NCBI GenBank assembly: GCA_950097015.1
Contig: CATNEN010000029.1
Location: 6,882,001-6,946,000, forward strand
Direction: 5' to 3'
Length of the DNA stretch: 64,000 bases
DNA from: Macrostomum hystrix
Taxonomy: Eukaryota; Animalia; Platyhelminthes
This document shows, piece after piece, positions 24,601 to 36,600 of this stretch. The notes under the pieces were generated by a model that had not been told where the DNA came from, did not search any database, and saw only the letters and a list, made by a program, of their open reading frames with translations. A program made the position numbers and the translations under genes. How positions within the stretch are numbered: position 1 is the stretch's first letter; each line of letters starts with the position of its first letter.

Positions 24601-27600
24601 ACAGATTAATAATTTGTTGAATATCTCGACGATATTTTGTCATTCTGGAAGATGTTTTATCGGATCGAGCGGAAAATATTCGCCGATGTTCTAGATTTTC
24701 ATGGTGATTGGCTGAATATTTAGGGAGATACAGAAAGAAAATGAAAAATGGGGGTATTTCAATTATATCCCTTGGTCTTTCTATTGTTAAGGTCGTTGCG
24801 ATTAAAGGACACAAACTGTTCCAGTGGAGTCGGGAATCGAACCCCCGACCTTCAAGTCGTAAGTCCGACGCCCTTACCGCTAAGCTACAACCCCCTCGCT
24901 ATATATGAATTGTTCTGTATTGACTGCGAAAATATTAACACTAAACAACTAAAACTCCGAGCAACATTTCTATGTTGCTATGGAAAAAGGCATGCCGAAT
25001 CGAACTTGTTATCTCGACTCATAATCCTACCTTTCTCGTCCCCAACCGGAGTCAGAGGCGGCTCTTTAGTTTGCTGCTGCTGCGCCTGCTGAGCGTTCGG
25101 CGCCTGACGAATTGCTACGTAGTGCTGGATGCGCCTGAAAATTCATTGGATTGCGCACATTTATTGCCTACTTTTTATTATAATTACTCTACTATATATA
25201 AGTAGCACGCTTTAGACTATTATTATATATTTTTATTACTTAATAAAGTAGTTTGAAAACTGATAGGGCGAGATTCCCTGGCGAGGACACATTTATTTGG
25301 GGCACAGCGGCAGCCGTGTGTATGAATGAGTACGTGTGTGTTGTCTTGGGTGGATATTGTCTGGGGTGGGTGTTGTCTAGGGTGGGTGTTGTCTAGGGTG
25401 GGTGTTGTCTGGTGTGGGTATTTTCTGGGGTGGGTGTTGTCTAGGGTGGGTGTTGTCTGGGGTGGGTGTTGTCTGGGGTGGGTGATGTCTTGGGTGGGTG
25501 TTGTCTAGGGTGGGTGTTGTCTAGGGTGGGTGTTGTCTAGGGTGGGTGTTGTCTGGGGTGGGTGTTGTCTGGGGTGGGTGTTGTCTGGGGTGGGTGATGG
25601 GTGGGTGTTGTCTGGGGTGGGTGATGTCTTAGGTGGGTGTGGTCTGGGGTGGGTGTTGTCTAGGGTGGGTGTTGTCTGGGGTGGGTATTGTTTAGGGTGC
25701 GTGTTGTCTAGGGTGCGTGTTGTCTGGGGTGGGTGTTGTCTAGGGTGCGTGTTGTCTGGGGTGGGTATTGTTTAGGGTGGATGTCGACTAGACTGCGTTA
25801 TTTCTATTTCAGTTGTAGAAAGGATTTGAAATTTTGGCACCAATTTCAATAACTCACCCGCGCCTGCCCTTGACCGGCACAATGCAGCACTGATGCTGGA
25901 CTGAGGCGCCCGACTTTCGTTTTCCGGTGGCGCAGCCACTCCATTCCTGCGACAGGATGAGAGAAACAAATGAAAACTGTCTAGGTAAGAAAGTTTCGAA
26001 ACTAAACTGAATCAGCCAATGGGGTTTCGATTCGAGGTAGGGAGTATGGTGCCAGCCAATAAGTGGCAGCCAATGAGCATCAAGCTGTAGGCAGATGGTG
26101 AGGGGTTCAGTTAAGCCATAAAAAGTTGCCTATTTTCACACCTTTCCCTTCCGCAAAACATTCAGGAGGCCTCGCATCTCCTCCTCAGTCTTGCCCATCT
26201 GCGCCGCGTCGAAAACGTTTCGACCCAGCGACTCGCCCGGCGACCGGCCAAACATGCGATCATGCGCCGCGTTCGTGTACTGCGGATTCAGACGAAATGA
26301 GCATTTTAGAAAACACGATATTAAAACTCTACACAAGGGAGGGTTGGTCGCCAGAGGGATAACAGCGAGTGAAAAAAATAAGTTCCGCAAGTCAAGTAGA
26401 GGTCAGAGACTTGCCGCATCGCTTCTCTCAATCTGCGTATCCCCACAATCTCGTCTACAAGCCCCGGACCGAGCCCAGCTCATCCCCTCCGCATAAATCC
26501 GACTCAGTAGAAGAAAATCCTAAATCCCCCTTCAATCATCGGAGAAGATCAGGCCGAGAGTTCGTGGGGAACCGCTCGCACCGGCGGGACACAGTGCCTG
26601 TGAGGTATGAGTCAGTCCAGGCCCACGGGCTTTGGTCTGCGATGCCTCACACCTGCAGCCGTTTTTTGAGCAGGCCTGGCAGGAAGGAGACCTGTACCTT
26701 CGGGTGCAGGAATCCCTCCAACGCTGTCCCGTCAGCTGACCCATGGGTACACGTCCCGCGAGTGTTCAAGGCTGACCCTAGGGCAGCCGGACAGAATGGG
26801 CAACAGCGCTGGATGACCCATCCAGGGCCTCCGGCCAAACTGGGTACCTCTAGCCCCGGCTGGAGGGAAAGGTGTCACCCTTTGACCTTAACAGGGTATG
26901 TGGCTTGTCCGCAATTTTCGTGCACCTGTGCGTGATCAGGTACCTCTGGCTACGGCCCTGAGGGACAGGTGTCACCCTTTGACCTTAACAGGGTTTGCGG
27001 CCAGCCCGCAGGCCTCGGCGCCGGCTCAATGGCACCCTCCAATGTCCCAGTGTTGACCGTGCTGATGGACGCTTGGCCAGGGAGTAGTCTGGTCTCTTAC
27101 GGTTCCTCCCGGTGGTCCTGGCATCCCACCCCGGGTTGTAACTTGTCTTTTTTGGCTGCCCCCGCTCAGTTTTGGGATCGCGGCTGAGCGGGTTATTCCT
27201 GCCTGTGTCTACAGGAAGCCCCTCTCTTCATTGCAGCTTTCAATGGCTTCTAGCCCTTCAACTGCTCCGGCCGAGGACACCATGGTGCCTGAGGCCATAC
27301 ACGCTGCGGCGCCCGGGCTAGCTGGCCCCGCGACCGCCACAAATGCCGCGCTGCCCAACTCGCGCGATGACCGGGGCGCTAAGCGCTCCACCACCTCTGG
27401 AGCGGCAAAACGCCGTAGGCGCATGCTGGCCCACGGCACGTCGGCTCCATTGACCAAGGACCAGGCCCAGGCCAGAGGGGCCGAAGGGGCTCTGCCTAGG
27501 GCGGGGGCTGGGGCGGGGGGCCTTGTGCCTCCTGCCCAGGCTCCTGCACGGGGCGGAGCCCACGACGCCCCGAGGCCAGGGTCGCGGGCCAAGGAGGGCC

Positions 27601-30600
27601 CGGCGCCCATCCGGACGGCTGCCCGGCCCGAAGGAGAAGCGGAGGCGGAGGGCCCAGTGCCCACCGCCGACGCAGATCCCGAGGGTGGGGACGCCACCGG
27701 ACAGGGCCCGGGACCACAAGCTACCTACGCCGCCATCGCACGTAGGCAACCTGCCGTCATCATCACCGGCAGAGACGGGAAAAGGCTGAGCAGCGAACAG
27801 CTCAGCGACATTTGCCGCAACATAGATGCTATGTTGTGGCAACTTCAACTGAAGGGCGAGCCCCTGGCGGTCGGCGCAAGCGCTACCAGGGAATCGTGCT
27901 TCGTCGTCTGGCCCGGCGATGCGGAATCGGGGCGGCGGCTCCTCGAGTTGCTGCCCACGCAGAGCTGGGCGGCTGGCCTCGAGTTCCTACGGGAGAACGA
28001 GCCACCAAAGACCAAGCGACACCGTATCTTCGTCCCGGCGAAAAGTGTCGTCACCAGCGCTGAGGACCTCCGCAGGGGCCTCATCGCGATGAACCGGGAG
28101 CTGCCGACAGCGGGCCTGATCGTGCACCGCACGATCCTGCGCCCCGACGGCACCGGTTTCACCGCCATTCTGGGCCTGTCCGAGCAATGGACACGCCGCT
28201 ACCCAGATGGCGCCAACATTTGCATTGGTCTGTGGAAGACCAAAATCTTCGCCTTCGAGGCGGATAAAACCCGAGGTCAGACCGGGCCCACCACCGTACC
28301 GGCCAATGAAGGGTCCTCGGACCCCAAGGCTGGGACTGGGGGCAGGGCCCAGTCGTCCCGCCAAAAAAGGCCAGAGCGTGCCATCGCTGGCAGCTCTGAG
28401 CGTCGCCCCGCGCGTGTCACAAAGCGCCGGGGCCTTCTCCAGCGGGCCTCCGAGGTGGTGCGAACCGCCAAGATGGCCCAGCTGCGCGCTGAGATGCGCG
28501 GTGGCCCACCGGGGCAGGCGCCGCAACCAAGGGCTACGGGGGAGGCCTCAGAGGTGCCCAGCTCCATCGAGCAGGGCCCTTCGAGCGCCCCTCCCACGGC
28601 CCAGGGAGCGGTGTCGGCTCCAGTTGAGGGCGACTCTGGGCCTGGGCTCGGGGCCGGGGGCGGGGACTGGGCGGCTGACGCCGTCGAGTTCCCGTCTCCG
28701 GCTCGGGGCCTGGGCACGGAGGAGCCCATGGCTACCGACATCGACCCGGAGGAGGAGGACCGCCTTCTGGCTGGGTCCCCCTCCAAGTAGACCTCTGCCT
28801 GCATGATGATCCCCGGAATATCATGTCTGCAAGTTAACACCCAGCACTGCGTGGCAGCATCAGTCAATCTGATGCGCACGACAGAGCGCATGATGCCGGG
28901 CCTTGTACTTGTGCAGGAGCCCTGGCTATCAAAGAACAAGCCAAGCAACATTCCTGCTGGCTATGACTGCTTCTGCATGGCAGACTCTGTCCGCCCTAGA
29001 TCACTGATCTATGCCGCAAAAGCCTTAAATGCGTGGATGAGACCCGATCTCTCTAACGGGGACATCTGCGTCATCCAATCTGCACACATTGTGCCTAACA
29101 AGTTGACCCTCGTGGCATCCGCCTACCTGGCAGGCGACGCCCCCGTGGTTAGCGATACCCTCGTCGCCCTCTGTGAATTCGCCAGGGCACGAAACTTCGA
29201 GCTGCTCCTCGCGGGAGATGTAAACTCGCATCACACCCACTGGGGTAGCTCAAAAATCAATGACCGCGGCGAAGAGCTCCTGGCCTTCGTCAGCGGCACG
29301 CCTCTAAACTTCTGCAATGTGGGCAACACGCCCACTTTCGACAATGGGCGGTGGGCTGAGGTGCTTGACGTCACCCTGGCCTCACCCGGCATCCTCCCAA
29401 GGGTGCTGGGGTGGGAGGTGTGGGAGACCGAAAGCTCGCTCTCGGACCACCGTTTCATCCGTTTCAACATCGGCACCCCCGATAAGAAGCAAAAGCCTAT
29501 TTGGAGGCGTAATGTCAGAAATACCGACTGGCCCGCGTTCAGCCAAAAGCTGCATGAGGGCCTTCGGGATTCTGACCCCTCCATGGCCATGGAAACCACG
29601 CAGGACCTGGATGGAGTGGCTGCCCTGCTGGGCGGCGCCATCACAGAGGCCTACGAAATGGCTTGCCCGCTCAAAGCCTACAAAGGCAAAAAATCGGCCC
29701 CCTGGTGGAACCCCGAGCTCGGAGTCCTAAGACGCCGAGCTAAGGCTCTCCAGAGGAAGCTGAAAACCTCGCACGACCCTGATGACAAAGAGGCCTATAC
29801 TCGCGCCATCCACGAGTTTAAGGGCCGGGTCAGAAGGGCAAAAGCGGACAAGTGGCGACAATACTGCGAAGGGCTTGAGGGCTCGCGGCCCACGGCCCGC
29901 GTGGTAAAGGCGCTCACCAACGACCGCTTCTCCAAGCTCTCATCGATTAAAAAGCCGGACGGCTCGATCACTGAGCGCCCGGAGGAAACGCTCGAGCTTA
30001 TGCTAGGGCATTTCTTCCCGAGTGTACCGGCGCACTTCGGCCCAGACGACCACTCGCGTGGAGGTCAGGGCCTGGCTCAGTCACTCGTTACGAATGACCG
30101 CATCGTTCGCGCGGCTAAGTCATTCAATCCTTTTAAAGCACCTGGGCCAGATGGTATATATCCGGCCTTTCTGCATGAAGCGGTTAAAAATGGCCGCTTC
30201 CTCCATCTCCTCTGCAGACTTCTACGGGCCTGCATCGTGCTGGGCTACGTACCAGCGCGGTGGCATGAAGCCCGGGTCGTCTTCATCCCGAAGCCCGCCA
30301 AAGGCGACTATCGCTCGGTCAAGTCTTATCGCCCGATAAGCTTGACTTCCACCTGCCTCAAGCTCATGGAAAGACTGGTGCTCTGGCGCCTTCTTACTGT
30401 AGAGCTAGGGCGGGCCCCGCTCTCACCAAACCAGCACGCCTTTCGGGCGGGCCGGTCCACGGAGAGCGCCCTCCACTGCATTGTGGAGACTCTCGAGAAG
30501 GCAGTGCTGGGCAGCGGTTTTGCCCTGGCTGTTTTCCTTGATATTGAGGGGGCCTTCGATAACGTTATTTTCGAAGCCTTTGAGAAGGCCCTGGTTTCCA

Positions 30601-33600
30601 GGGCCACTCACCCCCACCTCGTCCGTTGGGTCATGTACATGATCCGGAATCGCCACGTGGTGGCCCACCTCGAAGGCAGGGTGCTCTCGGCACCTGTCCT
30701 AAAAGGAGGGCCCCAAGGTGGCGTCCTCACCCCACTGCTGTGGAATCTCGTCATGGATGAGCTGCTAAAAAGCACTCGGCCTGACCCAGTCCTGAAGGTG
30801 GGATATGCCGACGATGTGACCGCCATCTGCGCGGGCCCCTCGGCGGAAACCACCAGGGACCTCATTCAGGGCTTTATCAACAGGGCGGTGCGCTGGGCGG
30901 ACCAATGCGGGCTCCGACTCTCTGAGTCCAAGACCGTTGCGGTTATGTTTACCAGCAGGCTGCGCTGGACCATTGAGCCTCTGACTCTCTATGGCAAGAA
31001 TATTGCCATGGAAAAGCAGGTCCGGTGCCTTGGTATCCTGCTAGACCATAGGCTTAACTGGACCCCGCACATTACCACAAAGGCCAAGAGGGCCCTGGCC
31101 ATTCTGGCGCAAGTCAGGCGAGCCGTGGGCACCACTTGGGGGCTAACCCCCAAAAACCTTTGGTGGATTTACACGGCGATCATTAGACCGTCAGTCGCTT
31201 ACGCTGGCCTCATCTGGGCCAGTGCCATGAGCATCCAGAAAAACCTGGAGGCGCTTTATAGGGTGCAGGGCAGAGCCTGTCGCATGACGCTGGGCGCCCC
31301 ACCCTCCACTCCCTTTGAAGGCATGAACGCTTTCCTCAACGCTACACCCATTGACATTTTTGTTAAGGGGGAAGCGGCAAAGTCCACCCGTCGTCTCCTT
31401 GATGCGGGTGTATCCTTCCAGAATTCGCGAGCCTTCTCGAAGCGCTCCCTTCTGCCCCACTCTGACCTCTGCCTGAAAACTCTGGGCGAGTGCGGAGGGC
31501 TCACCATCCTTTCGGACGGGGCCCCGGCCACTTTACTCCGGAGCCACAGGTACAAAGTCAGCATCTTCCCTCGTAATGAGGTAAAGGACTGCTGGGATGA
31601 CCCCGCAGTCCACTGTTACACTGACGGCTCCCTGATGAACGGTAAATCGGGATTCGGGGTGTGCGTCGCCTCGGGTGGCGAGGTCCTCTGGACCCACTCC
31701 CAACACTGTGGCAAGAGCTCAAGCGTTTTCCAAAACGAAATGCTCGCCATCAGCTTCTGTGCGGCTGAGCTGCGCCAGAGGCAGCTGGCTGGTCGGAGGA
31801 TCTTTTTTCACTCCGACAGTCAAGCAGCCCTCAAGGCCCTCAGTCGCTGCACCTCTCGCTCCAGAACCACCTTGGACTGCAACACCCAGTTAAACGGTTT
31901 GGCGCAGTCTAACAAGGTGGAGCTGATGTGGATCCCTGGGCACGCCGGGCTCACAGGGAATGAGATGGCGGACGAGCTTGCAAAGGCTGGAGCAGCCAGC
32001 TCCCTGATGGGCCCGGGCCCGGAATCCCCGATCCCCGCCTCCGTTGTCAACTCCAGCATCAACCACTGGATGGAGACCCAGCACCGGAGGAGGTGGTCCA
32101 GCACCCTGAACTGTCGCCAGTCCAGGGCTGCGGTGCCAACCCCCTCTAGTAACCTGCGTAAGGCCTTACTCAGGCTAAACCGCAGAGACCTGAGAGCAGT
32201 CACCATGGCCCTTTCGGGACATGGCTGCTTCACCAGACACCGCTACCTCCAAGGCCACGTGCCTGAGGAAACGTGTCCTTTCTGCTGCTCCGGCCGTGAA
32301 AACGCCGAGCATTTCATTTGCCACTGCCCGGCCTTCACCCGGGCTAGGCTAAAACACCTCGGGCCGGCACCGACTCTTGCCGAAGCCTGCTCGCCCGAGA
32401 ACATCCCTCAGCTCGCCCACTTCCTCCGGGATACCGGCCGAGCTGATTTCTTCCCAGCCTATGGCGAGGAAGATCGCGCGGCGGAACCGACCGACGGACC
32501 ACCCTGAGCGGCACCGCCTCGCTGGAGGCCGTCTGGCTGCCAGGGGTTAGCGATATGGGCGGCAACAGCCGCCTCCTCGCTGCGTCCGTCATGGAGGCCC
32601 CCTGCCGCTAAGTCAAGTAAGTCAAGTCGTGGGGAACCGCGGACAGAGGAGGTATTGGTCAAAAGTCCGCGAGAGGAAAAATGAGAGAATAACTGCGGAG
32701 GGAGACGGCTGTTCCTCTTTCATGTCCCGACAATCTCAACTGAAAATTTCTGTGCTGAGAATCGGGTGAGAGGCAACCACAAGACAGAGCCGGACTTTAC
32801 CGGTTAAGTTTGTGAGGCCAGCTTATTTGTACACCGCTCGGCCACTGCCTCACTCCTATTTACATTTGTCCATGTCCATCGTCTCTGTTTTTGACCAAAA
32901 TCATACTCTTTCTTTTTTCTCTTATCGTGTCTCCCTCTCATTTATCTTCTCCACTGATCTCCCATCTCTTCTGTCTTCTCTTTTCTCTAAATGATTGAAC
33001 ATATTACAACATTATAAACTGAATTGTCGATATTCGTTAATCAAAACCAGCCAGTTTAATGAGCAGATGGCAGTCAGGATTACCAATTTCTAAGTCGGAC
33101 AGCAATTAGAAAATGTCTTGTCCGGCTCTGAATATCTATTAATTACAGTTACCTGTATCCGCATCTGTTACCCAAGACTAGAAAGATTAAGATAACATCC
33201 AAGCGCACATTACAGAAGGGAGTAACTAGGCAATGCAACTAGGTTCATTATAGCATTAGGTTTCGTCCAGTTCCACCCTCAATAGTCTATTGAACGCCCC
33301 ATCCTCCCCCAGACTTGGTTTTCGCATGTCAACTATAGAAATCTCGCAGGCTTTTGTTGAAAGAAATGCAGAAAGTGCAAGCCACGATGATTTAGTTGAA
33401 GATTTAGTTGTTTTCTTTCAATTGATTCTGCTTTCTATACCAGCTTCTTCTTCCTCGGGTTCGAGAGAGAGAAATTGGCTTCTCCGATGTTATTTTTAGT
33501 ACGTGAGATAAGACTCGGGAGAGATCAAACAGGGGAGAAATGAGACACGGGAGACATGAGACGGGAGAGATGAGACACATGAGAGATGAGACAGGAGAGA

Positions 33601-36600
33601 GATGAGGCAGGAGAGAGATGAGGCAGGAGAGAGATGAGACACGGGAGAGATGAGACAGGGGAGAGATGAGACACAGGAGAGATGAGACACGGAAGAGATG
33701 AGACAGGGGAGAGATGAGACAGGGGAGAGATGAGACAGGGGAGAGATAAGACAGGGGAGAGATAAGCCACGTGAGAGATGAGACACGGGAGAGATGAGAC
33801 AGTGAAGAGATGAGACAGGGGAGAGATGAGACACGGGAGAGATGAGACAGGGGAGAGATGAGACACGGGAGACATGAGACGGGAGAGATGAGACACATGA
33901 GAGATGAGACAGGAGAGAGATGAGGCAGGAGAGAGATGAGGCAGGAGAGAGATGAGACACGGGAGAGATGAGACAGGGGAGAGATAAGACAGTGGAGAGA
34001 TAAGCCACGTGAGAGATGAGACACGGGAGAGATGAGACAGTGAAGAGATGAGACAGGGGAGAGATGAGACACGGGAGAGATGAGACAGGGGAGAGATGAG
34101 ACACAGGATAGATGAGACAGGAGAGAGATGAGACAGGAGAGAGATGAGACACGGGAGAGATGAGACACGGGAGAGATGAGACACAGGAGAGATGAGACAC
34201 AGGAGAGATGAGACACGGAAGAGATGAGACAGGGGAGAGATTAGACACGTGAGAGATTAGACACTGGAGAGATGAGACAGTGGAGAGATGAGACAGGAGA
34301 GAGATGAGACACCGGAGAGATTAGACACTGGAGAGATGAGACAGGGGAGAGATGAGACAGGCTACTGTAGTGGCAGTAGGGTCGGAAGGGGCATCGGGCT
34401 GGATTTAGGAGCTTGAAGGCCGCATCGAGGGCCAGAGTTTGCCGACCCTGCCTTAGGTAATCAGTGAGAAATTTCTTAGAGAAACCTGAATGGAAAACCG
34501 GTCGCTTGCGATCTCCACCGCCTCGCCGCTGCGGTCGATGGCGGCGAAAGCGGCTGCCAGGGCGGCCAGCTTCTGACCGCAGCGGAAGCAGCTCTGCTGG
34601 CAGGCGACCAGACAGTCGGCGCAGGCGTCGATGCTGATGGTTTCGGCGAATTTCTGCGTTGTTGAAGAGAAATAAGAAGATTAGACAGAAATTACTCACA
34701 ATGGGCCCAAACATTGGCAATTGAGGACTGAGCATAGACAATGAGCTCACCATGCTGTATCCGTGGGACACCAGGTCTGTCAGTGGCGGACCGCTGCAAG
34801 GCAGTAACAGAAGCACACAAAATTAACTATTATAATTCACTGTATCTCGTGCATTAAAAACAATTTCTGAAATCATAATACAACATATGGCAGTTCCCAA
34901 CTGTCATAAATCCCTCATGACAAAAATCCTATCTGTCGAGAATCCCATCTGTCAATGATCCTGTCCATCAATAATCCCATCTGTCAATAATCCCATCTGT
35001 CAATAATCCGATCTGTCAATAATCCCATCTGTCAATAATCCCATCTATCTATAATCCCAGCCGTCAATAATCCCATCTATCAATAATCCCATCCGTCAAT
35101 AATCCCATCTGTCAATATTCCCATCTGTCAATAATCCCATCTGTCAATAATCCCATCTATCAATAATCCCAGCCGTCAATAATCCCATCTGTCAATAATC
35201 CCATCTGTCAATAATCCCATCTATCAATAATCCCATCCGTCAATTATCCCATCTATCAATAATCCCATCCGTCAATAATCCCATCTGTCAATTATCCCAT
35301 CTGTCAATAATCCCATCCGTCAATAATCCCATCTGTCAATAATCCCATCCGTCAAGAATCACTCCTGTAAAAAATCCCATCTGTGAAAAATCCCATCTGT
35401 GAAAAATCCCATCTGTGAAAAATCCCATCTGTGAAAAATCCCATCTGTGAAAAATCCCATCTGTGAAAAATCCCATCTGTAAAAATCCCATTTATAAAAA
35501 TCCCATCTGTAAAAATCCCATGAGTCATAAATCCTCAGAGTTGTAACACTGCATCGGGACTCACGCGGCCCCGGTGACAGCCAGGAAGCAGGTGAACTCG
35601 GATTGGCTAACTGCCAGCATGGACTTCGCCAAAGAATCTCCGTTGAACTCGCCGTCACCGTCTCGACGATCAACGATGACCAGATCGTGCCTCTCGTCAA
35701 TATAGCGCTCCATGGCTCGATCTGGGCTGTGCTCAACCGAGCAGGCTAGGCTGAGCCGCTCGGCCGCCTTCTGAAAGCAGAGACTTTGCGCGTCCTCTAT
35801 GGGGAACACCAGCAGAATCTGGAACGATGGAAAAACGGTAAGGTGTCAAAGTAAAGACATTTTCCATCAAACAATTAGAAGTTTATCAAAAATAGTTATC
35901 TGTTTAAAAAATGCAGCTGAAAGGGGTATGCGTACGAACCCAACAACCCCACTCCTCAACCACCCAACAACCCCACTCCTCAACCACCCAACAACCCCAC
36001 TCCTTAACCACCCAACAACCCCACTCCTCACTCGCCCAACAACCCCACTCCTCACTCGCCAAACAACCCCACTCCTCACTCGCCCAACAACCCCACTCCT
36101 CAACCACCCAACAACCCCACTCCTCAACCACCCAACAACCCCACTCCTCACTCGCCCAACAACCCCACTCCTCACTCGCCAAACAACCCCACTCCTCAAC
36201 CACCCAACAACCCCACTCCTCACTCGCCCAACAACCCCACTTCTCACTCGCCCAACAACCCCACTCCTCACTCGCCCAACAACCCCACTCCTCAACCACC
36301 CAACAACCCCACTCCTCACTCGCCCAACAACCCCACTTCTCACTCGCCCAACAACCCCACTCCTCACTCGCCCAACAACCCCTCTCCTCACTCGCCAAAC
36401 AACCCCACTCCTCAACCACCCAACAACCCCACTCCTCACTCGCCCAACAACCCCACTTCTCACTCGCCCAACAACCCCACTCCTCACTCGCCCAACAACC
36501 CCACTCCTCAACCACCCAACAACCCCACTCCTCAACCACCCAACAACCCCACTCCTCAACCACCCAACAACCACCCAGAAAATTACAGTCTCATTTTCAG

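Larger units (their letters stand above)
24187..24895 (-). mobile_element. tRNA-derived SINE interrupted by two MITE insertions
   Basis: Removing 24228-24349 and 24486-24786 plus one TSD each restores a sequence collinear with 39143-39432. Confidence 0.87.
26398..32618 (+). mobile_element. Full-length non-LTR retrotransposon (LOA-like, I group), antisense in a PDE8 intron
   Basis: Two intact ORFs, ~830-bp 5' UTR, short 3' UTR. Flanked by AAGTCAAGT at 26389-26397 and 32619-32627. Confidence 0.9.

Noticed and set aside
32510-32618. The LOA-like element as the mobilising partner of the SINE
   Set aside because: No visible similarity between the SINE 3' end (..GGCCAGGTGT) and the element's 3' UTR or tail.
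26369-32662. Many overlapping alternative-frame and antisense ORFs within the retrotransposon
   Set aside because: An expected by-product of high-GC coding sequence, with no recognisable motifs.
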